A DNA stretch of 51,831 nt from Octopus bimaculoides (taxonomy: Eukaryota). The number at the start of each line of letters is the position of its first letter. Position 1 is the stretch's first letter. The DNA is taken from positions 83,566,124-83,617,954 of the forward strand of contig NC_068982.1 of NCBI RefSeq assembly GCF_001194135.2. The letters run 5' to 3'. Below are positions 1-11,519 of this stretch, one piece after another. Both the position numbers and the translations under genes were made by a program. A model generated the notes under the pieces. The model ran no database searches and was not told where the DNA came from. It worked only from the letters and a program-made list of their open reading frames with translations.

Positions 1-2420
1 AGTTTAGTGTTCAATGAAGATGTTGGCATGGGTGCCAGTCTACAAATTTAGTTCGATTTTGATCTCGATTTCACTTGCCTCAACAGGTCTTCGCAAGTGG
101 AGTTCAGTGTCCAAAGAAGGAATGTTACGCATAAGTGGGCTGGTTACATCCCTGGCAGAGGACTTGGATTTTGGTCTCACTTGGTTTGCTGGGTCTTCTA
201 ACGCACAGCATATTTCCAAGGGTCTTGGTCAGTAGTCATTGCCTCGGTTAGGCCTAAAGTCCGGAGGTCAAGCTTCACCATCTCATCCCAGGTCTTCCTG
301 GGCCTGCCTCTTCCACAGGTTCCCTCAACTGCTAGGGTGTAGCACTTTTTCACATAGCTATCCTCATCCATTCTCGCCACATGTCCATACCAGTGCAATT
401 GTCTCTCTTGTACACCACAACTGATGCTTCTTATGTTCAGCTTTTCTCTCAAGATACTTACACTCTGTCGGGAATGCACACTGACATTACTCATCCATCG
501 GAGCATACTGGCTTCATTCCTTGCGAGCTTACACATGTCCTCAGCAGTCACAGCCCATGTTTCACTGCCATGTAGCATGGCTGTTCGTATACATGCGTCA
601 TACAGTCATCCTTTTACTCTGAGCGAGAGGCCCTTTGTCGCCAGTAGACGTAAGAGCTCTCTAAACTTTGCCCAAGCTATTCTAGCAGCTACACTTTCAG
701 CGCACCCACCCCCACTACTAACCTTGTCACCCAGATAGCAGAAGCTATCAACTACCTCTAGTTTTTCTCCCTAGAATGAGACAGAAGTTGTTTTCTGCAC
801 ATTTTCAGTGTTTATTGCACCTGAACATCTGCCACATACAAAAACTAACTTCCTAGTTAACCTTCCTTTGATATTGCTGCACCTCTTATGTGTCCATAGC
901 TTGCACTGGGTACATCTTATAGAGTTTCTACCAACAACTTTTTTACAGATCGAGCAGGGCCGTCTACCTGAAGAGGTCTGTGTTTTGTCTACCTTCCTAC
1001 TTATTAGAACTTTGGTTTTAGCTAAGTTGACTCTAAGGCCCTTCGATTCTAGTCCCTGCTTCCACACCTGAAACTTATCCCCTAGTTCTGATAGTGATTC
1101 AGCAATTAGTGCAAGGTCATCAGCATAGAGGAGCTCCCAGGGGCATCCTGTCTTGAATTCCTCTGTTATTGCCTGGAGGACTATGATAAATAGGAGGGGG
1201 CTGAGGACAGAACCTTGGTGGACCCCTATCTCTACCTGGAATTCTTCACTGTACTCATTGCCAACCCTCACCTTACTGACAACGTCTCTGTACATCGCTC
1301 CCACAGCTCTCACTAACCATTCTTCTATCCCTAGTTTCCTCATTGACCAACAGATAAGGGATCGGGGGACCCTGTCAAAGGCTTTCTCCATGTCAACGAA
1401 AGCCAGGTACAGTAGTTTATCCTTGGCTAGGTATTTCTCCTGCAGTTGTCTTACCAGAAATATGGCAACAGTGGTGCTTTTACCTGGCATGAACCCAAAC
1501 TGCATCTCATCTAAATTGATTCGCTCCCTAATTAGTTGGGCTATGACCGTCTCCGTAACTTTCATAACCATAGCTTGATACCTTTGTAATTATTTGTATC
1601 TAAAGCTTCACCTTTACCTTTGTAACAGTTGACTACGGTGCTGCTACACCAGTGATTGGGTATGACTCCTTCGTGTATCACCTGGTTAACAATATGGGTG
1701 ACTGGGCTATAGCCGACACTGCCAGATATTTTGAGCATCTCTGCAGTGATTCCTGATGGGCCAGGGGCTTTCCCTGTCTTCATACTCATAATTGCTTTAT
1801 CTACCATGGAACTGTCAACTCGGATAGCTGGTCCCTCTGTTGGGACGACATTTGGCAGACTCTCTTTCTCCCATTCATTCTCTTTATTGAGCAATCTTTC
1901 ATAGTGGCGTCTCCAAACCTCTTTCTTTGCAGCCTCATTTAGAGCAAGCGTACCATCATCCATGCGAACACATTTCTCACCCACGACATCACGATTCTCT
2001 TCCACACACTGTCTTGCAACACGAAATACTTCAAGTCTTTGGTCCTCACGGCGCAGAACATTTGCAAATTTTTTCTTATTTGCTTCCTCTCTGGCTAGAT
2101 AAACCTGTCTCCTAGCAGTCTGATACACTTCCCTGCTACCCCCATTCTTCCAGTCCTTCCAAGCCTGTTTCTTTTGTCTAATAACCCTGTCAACCACACT
2201 GTTCCACCACCAAGTTACTTTGGGTCGAGAGGGGACTTTACACCAGCCACAGATCTGGTCGGTGGCATTCAGCAGGTTGTCCCGTAGGAAACTCCAGTTA
2301 TCTTCCATGTTGTATGATGCTATACCTCCTTCTATTTTGTCAAATGCTTCAAGTAGTATGTCTCTAAATCTCTGTCCGTTTGCAGGATCTTTAAGCTTCC
2401 AAACCCTTCTCCTCCAAGTT
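1..2420 (-). mobile_element. RTE-clade LINE, 5'-truncated and frameshifted; 3' UTR runs off the window start
   Basis: ORF pieces 1562-2308 (GKAPGPSGITAEMLK), 771-1571 (MQFGFMPGKST, FVDMEKAFDRVPR, HQGSVLSPLLF, LLYADD, Cys-rich KLWTHKRC) and 198-578 (WYGHVARM, GRGRPRKTW) read as a non-LTR RT and RTE C-terminus. Confidence 0.93.
771..1571 (-). pseudogene. RTE reverse transcriptase domain fragment
   Basis: QFGF, D..KAFD.V, QGSVLSP and YADD motifs in one ORF; flanking pieces are in other frames. Confidence 0.92.
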
Positions 2421-2439
2421 GGTCTACTTTGTAATTATT

Positions 2440-4225
2440 GATTTCAATTAATGATTTCTATTCGTGGAAGACCACATCCACTATGGCAACCGTAGGCTTT
2501 TTTCTTTTACCATAAACACTGTGTTTGATATCAAGCAGTTGCCTTGATTGTGGAACTACTGGAGTCCTGATGTAAGGTATAGTAATTTATACATCTCTAG
2601 TATTATGTCAAAAACAATGTATTTGAAAATATCTCAATATTCACATTTATCTGATTCTGCTAATGTCCCCGGCATCAAACTACAATCCCCTGTATAAAGT
2701 GTGTCCAATTAATAATTTACTTTCTGATAAGTATAAAACTATGTATCTGTCTCAGAAAAATCTCAGTGTAGATGAAGTCATGATAGGTTATAAGTGTGGG
2801 GTACATTTTTGACAATACATGCCTGCTAAACCCACTAAATGGGGCATCAAGGTATGGAAAGTCTGTGAATCAGACACAGGGTATTGTACAAACTTTGAGG
2901 TCTATATGGGGAAAAATTATAAAGGAGACAGACCAAATGGATTGGGGTATGATGTTGTATATTCTCTATCTGAACCTTTTCACCATCAACACTGACACCT
3001 GTATTTTGATTGTTTTTTTTCTTTTTCAGTGGCTTTGGCAGAACATCCTGCCTGTGATAAATAATTGCAATGGGCTACAACATGAGATAAAAACAACAAA
3101 GTAAAAAGAGGGGACATTCTTTAGACGCAAAAAGAAAATTTACTAATCACAGTATACAAGGACAAAAGACAAATTTTATTTCTGTCTACCAATGAACAAC
3201 CTGGTGTTAGTGCTGAGGGGAAACATGCAATAAATATTTCCTACAATAAATATATGGGTGATGTTGATAAATCCAACTAGTACTGGGTATACTATCCAGT
3301 TGAACAACCTGGAAAGAAATGGAGGAGGTACATTTTGTGGTTTTTAGTGAATTTAACTATTGTTAATTCATATATTGTTTATGTGAAAAGCCACAAGGTA
3401 CCTCCACCACCAAAGAACTATTGCATATGAAATTTTGGGTTGACGTCGCATCTCAGTTACGTGAGGGTTTTTCTTCCAGAAAACACAGAAGTGTGAGAAA
3501 AGCAAAATTAACTGAGGTGGATGTCAACAGAAAATATTAACTTTCATAAAGTGGAAAAAAATAAATGGAAGAAAGAAAGTTTATAGACTGTGTTCATTGA
3601 AAAAAAGAGAAACCACAAAAGGATATCAGGTTGAAACTGCATATATGTGTTCATTTTGCAAAGTGCCCTTGTGTAAAGGGTGCTTTGGATAATTCCATGA
3701 CAGAAATGTGGCATAATTATATTTTCTAATTTGATAGAAATATAATTATGTATTCCTTTAATTTTATAACAAATATGTGAAGGTGAGAAATACATATTAA
3801 TTTTCAGTATATTACACACCTGTAATTCACTTTTGTCTCAGCTGTTAATGAGTTGTGTTATTAGATGCACTCTATCATGTAAATCTACTCACTAAATCGT
3901 ATAAGAGTACATAGCCAATGGTATATTGACTAGTAAAAGAGTTTTATACTTTATCTTCGATGAAAATGTTTGAATGAAATATAGAAAAAGAATAAAATCT
4001 TGTACTGATTATACCTGCATTTAAATTAATTCAAATTAATGTACCTCATCTTGAATGGCAAAGTTGTTGGTGGTTGACATCTAGGATAATTTTAGTAATA
4101 AATCAAACAGGTAGGATACATTAAGAGTTTCAATTTTAGTGCTTATCCATAAAGTTATTGCTTATATACCTATTAATTAAATTTACCTGTCCATAAAGTC
4201 AAATTTAATCAAAATGATCAAAATT
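2440..4225 (+). mobile_element. Degenerate piggyBac transposon copy 1 (same family as 38144-43217)
   Basis: Reads LSVDEVMIGYK (~2761), MPAKPTKWGIKVWKVCESDTGYC (~2819), YNKYMGDVDK (~3243) and a Cys-rich tail MCSFCKVPLCKGCF (~3644); 3' non-coding part matches the reverse complement of 38330-38720; many stops; TIRs not found. Confidence 0.88.
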
Positions 4226-4359
4226 AATTCAATATAGATGTTTATGAATTTTCATCTAACAAGCAAGAATCCTTTCATAGGAAAGTGATGAAAATGTGCA
4301 TGAAAATGTACCATTCAAGACATTAGAGCAACATGGCTGAACATTACAACATCAACTAT

Positions 4360-6010
4360 TATTCCTGATTTCACTGAAATTACTGGTTCACAACACAATC
4401 TATCTTGAATTATCTATTCTGGTTTTTGCCTCAAATGTCCTTCCAAAACCTTTGCATAAGAAACAAATCAATTTGCCCAACAAGTTATTACTACTCATGG
4501 AAGATCTGAGCTTTTTGCCATAAATGTAATGTTTGGTATAAAGCAATTTCCAAGACTGCGGGAACCCAAATATAAGATATAGTATCCTTTCATATCAAGT
4601 ACTATGCCAAAAAACAAGTATTTGAAAGTAAATCAGTATTTACACCTGAGTGATTTTTGCAATGACCTCAGCAGAAATGAACCGAACTATGACCTTCTAT
4701 TCAAAGTACACCCAATACTTGCTATCTGGAAAAAATACAGACTGTATAATTGCCAGGAAAAAAAGCCTCGGTGTTGATGAAGCAATGATTATTTAAACTG
4801 AGAAAAAAATATAATGGAAATAGAATAGACTGGGGTATGATGTTGTATGGTCTCTGAGTCGTTTCACCATCAATACAGGCATCTTTATATTCGTCCTTTT
4901 TTTTCTTCAGTGGTTTTGGCAGAATGTCTTGCTCTTGTAAACACCTATACCTGCAGTACAATAATGGACAATTGCAAAGGACTACTCCAAGAAATAAAAA
5001 CTACTAAATCTCAAAATGCAAAAGAATATGTGCTAGCCACCTTGGAGAAGAACAGATGGTAATTTTATTCTTGTCTACCAGTCATCAGCTAGGTGTTGGC
5101 ACTGAAGGTAAACTCATTATAATAATCTTATAAAATAAGCACATCCATGACATTGATAAAAATGACCAGTATCATGCATACTATCCTGTTGGATGTCCTG
5201 GAAAGAAAAGGTGGAGATATATTTTGTGGTATTAGTAAATTTAATTGTCAATTCTTATATCATGAAAATGAAAAGCCACATGGTATTGCCACCACCAAAG
5301 GACTACTGCCATATGAAGTTTTATGTTGACATTGTATCATGGTTACATGGGGGCTTCTCTTTGTGAAAGCACAAAGCTGAGAAGAAAAGCAAAATTAACC
5401 AAGTTGGATGCCAGCAGATGAAATATTGACTTCTATCAGAGTGAAAAATAAATGGTAGGAAAAGTGAGAAGAATGTGCTCATTGCAAGAATAGAATTAAA
5501 GAAAAAAACTTCAAATGTGTATCAAGTTGAAACCTCTTTTATATGTTCCTTGTGTAAAATGCCATTGTGTAAAGGGTGCTTTGGACAATTTCATGACATA
5601 CCTAAGACATAGTATTTTCTAGTTTGACAAAAATACAATTATTATATATCCCTTGTATATTAATATGAATAATGTGTGAAAATATATATTAATTTTCAAT
5701 ATGTTATCTATATTTACCTGTGTCTCATTTGTTAATGAATTTTTTTGTTGGACACATTGTTATATAAATATATTTAATTGTTTAAGGGTACATTAGTCAA
5801 TAGTATATTAACTAGTGTAGAGTTTTAGATTTTATTTTTAACGAAAATGTTTGAACAACATATAAAAAAAAAAGAATAAAATGTTATACTGACTCTACCT
5901 ATATTTTGATTTAAATTAATGTACCTACTTCTGAAAAGTTGCAAAATTGTTGGAGGTCAACATCTGGGACAATTTTACTAACAAAACAAACAAGTAGGAT
6001 ACATAGACTG
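4360..6010 (+). mobile_element. Degenerate piggyBac transposon copy 2, head-to-tail with copy 1
   Basis: Collinear with copy 1 (GACTGGGGTATGATGTTGTAT at ~4828, Cys-rich tail ~5540-5600, shared 3' sequence to ~6010); internal deletions; TIRs not found. Confidence 0.82.
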
Positions 6011-6039
6011 AGTGCTTTTTACAGGACATCATCACCAAT

Positions 6040-6232
6040 AATGTCTGTTTCGGCATGATTTTTACAGCTGGATGCCCTTCCTGATGCCAACCACTTTACA
6101 GAGTGATCTGGGTGCTTTTTACATGGCACCAACACTGGCGAGGTTTGCTTTGGCATGGTTTCTATAGCTGGATGTCCTTCCAAATGCTAACCCCTTTACA
6201 ATGTGGACTGGATGCTTTTTATTGGCACCAGC
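6040..6232 (-). repeat. RTE 3'-tail-derived repeat fragment, two degenerate units
   Basis: CAGCTGGATGCCCTTCCTGATGCCAACCAC motif, seen twice, matches the RTE tails at 22800 and 40840. Confidence 0.7.
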
Positions 6233-6613
6233 AAGTAGGAAGGAAGAAAAGACTCTGCAGCCAACAAGGAAATGACTGTACTTAAAGTTCTGATAAGGAT
6301 TAAGTAGCAACTCCATATGGTGCATAGTGTCAGCCATGGGTGCACAAGAGGTGTATTGGAATCACAAGCAGGCTGACATTGAATAAAGACTTTGTATGTG
6401 GCAGATGTACAAGAGTAGCTTGTAGTGAAAGTACTAGTAAAATAAATTAATGCTTAGAAAGTTCATTAGAAAGCAGCTGATAGTTTCCTTTATCTAGGCC
6501 AACTTATCAGCTATGGAACTGCATGCTGGTAAAGTGTGAAAATGTTCAGAGAGCTATTATCTCTGTTGGAAACAAGGGGATTCTCTCTCTCTCTGAGTGA
6601 AAGATAGACTGTA

Positions 6614-7846
6614 TTAGGTTGTTTCACATGAAATGTCATATTTGAAAGGTAACAATAAAATGTTTCAGAAGTGTTAGAGAACTGATTTATTTAATCAAAG
6701 TATGATCCATGTTCATCTATGACATTTACCCAATGTTTCTCTGTCATATATTCCATCATTAAAAAAAAAATTCATCTTTTGCTGTGATAATCTGTCCGAA
6801 TGCTTCAATTACCTCTTCTCTATTTAAGAATGTTTTATTGCTTATGAAAAGTTCAAAATGCTTAAATAAGTGATGATCAATAGGAGCGATATCAGGGGAA
6901 TAGGGAGAATGTTGCAAAATCTCATAATTCGGGCTTTGCAACTTTTGGATCGTAGCTTGGAGTGTGAGGACAGACATTGTCATGAAGCAAAATTGGGCCA
7001 TGTCTATTCACTAATCTGAGTTGCTTTTTCTTTTCAAATTCTCATTCATACAATCAATTTCCTGGCAATACGATGTTGCCGTTACTGTTTTTTCTTGTTG
7101 CAAAAATGAATAATGAATAACTTTCTTCGCAGACCACCATACAGAGACCATTAACTTTTTCGGGTGCAATGGTGGGTTTGGGTAGTGTTTAGATGACTCT
7201 CCTGCATCTAATCACTGTCCTGTTCTGCTGTTGTCAAAGAGTATCCATTTCTCATCACAAGTAGTGATTTGATGCAAAAATGGGCTTTTTCCAGCCAAGA
7301 AAGCAGTAAGGAGCACACTTCAAGGCGTTTGTTTTTTTTTAATCTCGTTCAGTTGATGTGGAACAAACCTATCTGTTTTCTTGACTTTTCCAAATTTTTA
7401 CAGGTGTCCCAAAACAGTTGTGCGAGATGTTTGGAGTTCTGATGTAAGTTTTTGAACCTTTGTTCTTGGATTTTGTTCAACCAAAGCATTAAATCTATCA
7501 TCAAATACCTGATTTTGGCCTACCCCTTTGTTTATTTTCAAGGCTATCATCTCCTGGAACCATCTCTGAACAATTCTGATGTCAACAAAACCATTACCAA
7601 AGGCCTGCTTGATATTGTGTACAGCTTCTGCGGCAGATTGATCCAGTTTGAACTCATACGAGGAAATCACTCAACATAGTTTCGTTGTTATCATTTTCAT
7701 TAGTTTTGTGGGTACGAATTTTGTATACCAATATTGTTGGGAAAGAAAAAGAGTCAAGATTAAATGCATAGTATACATAATTGAGTTTTTAAATGACCGA
7801 AATAACAAGTAATTAAAAATGTGACATTACATGCGAAACAACCTAA
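6614..7846 (-). mobile_element. Full-length decayed mariner (Tc1/mariner) transposon, 1233 bp
   Basis: TIRs TTAGGTTGTTTCACATGAAATGTCA and TGACATTACATGCGAAACAACCTAA, TA on both flanks (6612-6613, 7847-7848); HTH-like YEFKLDQSAAEAVHNIKQAFG..VQRWFQ (7398-7670) and HSPYSPDIAP (6759-7001). Confidence 0.93.
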
Positions 7847-7859
7847 TATATTGTTTGTA

Positions 7860-8256
7860 TGGGAGGTGGGCACTGAATTAAGGGGATGTGTAAAGATTGA
7901 AGAGGAATAAAGCAACCATGCTCTATTGAGTGTGTAATATCAATGAGCATGAACAATTTGGTACAGATAAACTGAGAGATAACCTGGGTATAAAAGGAAT
8001 AAGTTGTTGTATGCAAGAAAGATGACTGCATTAGTATGGACATGTAATATGTATGGATGATGACAGATGGGTAAAGAAATGCAAAAAGATCTAAGTAGAA
8101 GAAAACTGTGAAAGACATGGGCAGAACTGGTGTATCTTAAAATGTTAAACATGACAAAGAAGATGACAAAGGAAGCACAAAAAGTGGTGAAACATTGTGT
8201 TAGAAAAGACTCATCTAACCCATTGAAAAGCAGATGTAAAAATGATGATGGTGATT
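7860..8256 (+). mobile_element. Old RTE LINE 3' fragment
   Basis: Degenerate YGHVICMDDDRWVKKC-like segment followed by a GATGATGGTGAT tail. Confidence 0.7.
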
Positions 8257-8348
8257 TTATACATCATACACAATATTTAGTAAGAATATAAGAAAAATAT
8301 TTACTATGATGAACAGTTATAAAACATTTATTAAGCTTATTCACTTAC

Positions 8349-8453
8349 TTTTTCAACTTCAGCTCGAGACAAATTGATATCAGCATCTGCCTTTTTGTAG
8401 GCTTCAATAGCTTTTTCTGCTTCCCTATATGCTCTCTCATATTGTTTCTTTGT
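8349..8453 (-). CDS. Cip4: Coding exon (105 nt, phase 0-0) of a Cip4/FNBP1L/Toca-1-family F-BAR protein
   Basis: Acceptor TTTTTCAG|, donor AAA|GTAAGT; translates TKKQYERAYREAEKAIEAYKKADADINLSRAEVEK, matching the recalled F-BAR segment K..YE/FE...REAEKA......D.D.N...A.VEK of CIP4/FNBP1/FNBP1L. Confidence 0.93.
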
Positions 8454-8835
8454 CTGAAAAATGCACATAAATCAGCAATAGATTTGTCTTTAATGTTAGT
8501 GGTAGTAAAAATGAAGAGAGTGATTATAGTAGTGGCAACAGCAGTGATTGAAATGCTTTATTTTTAAATTACATTATTTGATGTAATACTATTTAAAAAG
8601 AGAAATTCTATTAAAAACTACTGGTAAAGACTTACGAGGATTCTTCAATGTCAATATTTACAGACACATTTGTCCAACAAAATAGACTGTGAAATAAATT
8701 CAAAGCTGAATACAACGGATTTACAACAGTTTCTTTCATGCTAACATACAAATGATTTAATGCAACAGTACATTTAAAAATACACTGTATGTACTTTATC
8801 TTTGGATAGTTGATACAAGATTCTTCAAGAGTTAC

Positions 8836-8898
8836 CTTGTCCAATTGCTGAGTTGACAAAATAAGGCTTTGCTGTACTTTTGTTCCTTCTTGTAAACC
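8836..8898 (-). CDS. Cip4: Coding exon (63 nt, phase 0-0) of the Cip4/FNBP1L F-BAR protein
   Basis: Acceptor ATTCCAG|, donor AAG|GTAACT; translates GLQEGTKVQQSLILSTQQLDK, joining KQERKK upstream to TKKQYE downstream in frame. Confidence 0.88.
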
Positions 8899-9439
8899 CT
8901 GGAATTTGCCAAAAAGTGAGAATGCTTATTGTTGCAAAAGAAAGGGAAAAGGTCAAGAGTGAAATGGAAAGAGAGACATGGAGAATCAAATACAAAATGA
9001 ATGTTCAAATATTTTGTTCTTTTGAAAAATTACTTTGCCAAAAAATTATATTTCAAGTTTCTATGTATGAAGAAAATTTGGCTAATATTCAAATAAGTGT
9101 CAGAATTATATGTACTGACATTATGGAATGCTTTATGTTATATACTTACCATACCAAATGAAAGTAACACTAACAACAACAGTTTTATAATATGGCCAAA
9201 AACAAAGCTATAAACCCATGATTGCATTTTGGGGTCAAATGAGCCAGGAAAAGGAAGCTCATGAAAATACAGATGTCGAGTTTAGTGTTAAATAAAAATT
9301 TACAATACATAATTAAACTACTTAAAACAAAGCAATTGCAGATACTGTTTGTGGCAAGAACAGGTGTGAAATTTTAGAAGAGCAGAGTTACAGGAAAAGA
9401 AACAAAATGAAGGTGCTGGTCAATAGGCAAATTAATACC

Positions 9440-9600
9440 AGTGTGGAAAATGGTTAAAAAATTTACTTTCCAATCATGGGGTCCTTGGTTTTTATTCTGC
9501 TATGTAGTATCTTAGGCAAGTGTCATTTTCTAAAGCTATGAGTCAACCCATACCTTGTGAGTGAAATTAGGTAGACTAAAACTGTGGAAAAGTCTATCAG
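9440..9600 (+). mobile_element. Degenerate tRNA/CORE-type SINE head
   Basis: CTTAGGCAAGTGTC and CCTTGTGAGTGAAATTAGGTAGAC resemble the SINE head at 40511-40713. Confidence 0.6.
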
Positions 9601-11217
9601 ATGCTTTACATTTATAATTCAGAGATCTAGGTTTGTCAAACTGTCACACTGATTCTGCTTGAGAATTACATGAAGGATACAAGTCTCTGTGAAACATTTG
9701 GCCACTTACAGGCTAATTCAATGAGTGTGGTAGTTTAGTTGATTGAACAACTGAATGCTCATGGTCACTTATACTAACCTAGATCCAACTAATATTTAAT
9801 CAAGTAAATGTTTACTTCTAACAGCAGTCCAGAACACTAATTCTTATGTAGCTTTAGTCATTCCTGATACGGAATATCAAATGTGCAAACTACTAACTAT
9901 GTTAAAACTCCAAATGTAGTGGTGCCACTAAGTTGAGAAACCTGTTGAAGATTTCAAAATACCCTGGTTTACTGTATGGAGCACAGTGTGAAAGTCTGAG
10001 TTCAGTTTGATTTCTATATTTATCTCTAGAGGTGCATATTCAGTTATTGATGCTGCTGTTGCTTTTAAGTAATATCTTCCTTTTGTGTTTATCTTAAGTT
10101 TATTTGTAAGGACGGTATTGTTGTTTAACATCAAACAGACCTATGAACAAAAGTATTCTAACTGTCTATCTGTTATATCACCCAACAGATTGTGAAGTAC
10201 ATTATCCATTGTATCCTTCCTTTTCAAGATATAGGAGGTAATTTGAAAGAAATTTGGCTGCTAGACCTGGTTGAGGAAATGTGTAAAAATAATCCTTGGT
10301 AGTATTGTGGTGTGATATGTATGGTTGTTTGGTATAGTACCGAACATGCAGTTTCAGAGATTGTGTAGGTCAGGGATTACTGTAACAACAGACTTCCTCT
10401 ACTATTTAAAGAAAAAAAATAAATAAAATATTCAAGTTGTTGTTCAGCCCTGATGGTTGAGCAGATTTATAATCAAAGTATGCCAGCCATGACTATCCTG
10501 TCTTTTTCCTATATGCAGGGAACCTAGGACCATTTGTCCTTTACTAAAATGGTAGATTATCATTTGAGGGAGACTCTGCTATTTCTAGCAGACTAACAAA
10601 CCATATAGAGGCCACTATATTAGCTTGTATTGAGGTTTCCTTGTTGGCTCATAGATTCTAGTGATTCAAGAAGAGCACTAGCCTTACATCATATTATCAG
10701 GCCCAGCATAAATGATATATAACCTTCAAACACACAAAAGTCTAGTCTACACAATAAAATCCTTTAATTTCAGAGATGACTATAGGAACAGTAATATACG
10801 CATCTTGTTATTTTAAAGTGTTACAGGTTAAATATCTCTTGCAGAGGTACACTGCCACCCCACCTTCCATGTCAGCAAGTGGTGGATGTTTCAACAACAT
10901 ATCAAATTCCAATGTCTCAGTTTTGGCAAAATTTTAATGACTGGATGCACTTCCTAATGCCAACTATTTTACAGAGCATATTAAATACATTTTTTTTTTT
11001 TTTGTGGCACTAACACTATAAAAATTAGAAAATTACTATTTATAAATCTCACAACAAGAGATATTCAGCAACAGTACTTTGGAGTAAAGATTATTTGCCA
11101 ACATAACATGGCAGTCCTGCTTTAGGATGAATGTTGCTGTAATTTAGCCCCAGGAGACATCGTCTCCAGCTGGCTATACGACACGATCTGTGTCCTTATA
11201 TTTTTGAACAAGGGAAT

Positions 11218-11302
11218 CTAGAGGTCAAATCTGGTCAGTTTGAACATGAAATATGTAGAATATTTCCGCCTGATGTGGCTGGTTTAAATACTAAATAATT
11301 AA
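11218..11302. mobile_element. Solo degenerate piggyBac/MITE terminus
   Basis: GGCTGGTTTAAATACTAAATAA-TTAA resembles the piggyBac end GCCGGTTTGAACACTAAAGGG-TTAA at 43196-43221. Confidence 0.5.
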
Positions 11303-11519
11303 GAGTAAGGACCTTAGTGTGGATTTAGAAAGCATGAATTCATCAGTATTTCAGTCTAGTCAACTAATTTTCCACTACAATCATTTCTGTAATAACAATT
11401 AATTGTTGCTTGCCTTTCAGTTGGCCTTATAGCAGTGGACTTGAGAGAAAAACGTTTGAACTATGACCATCTTATTTTTCCCCATCTTTTTTCTGAATAG
11501 TAGAATGTAATATGTAATT

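Noticed and set aside
9928-10134. Minus-strand ORF as an extra host exon
   Set aside because: No F-BAR similarity and no convincing splice sites; exons 28463 and 8898 already join in frame
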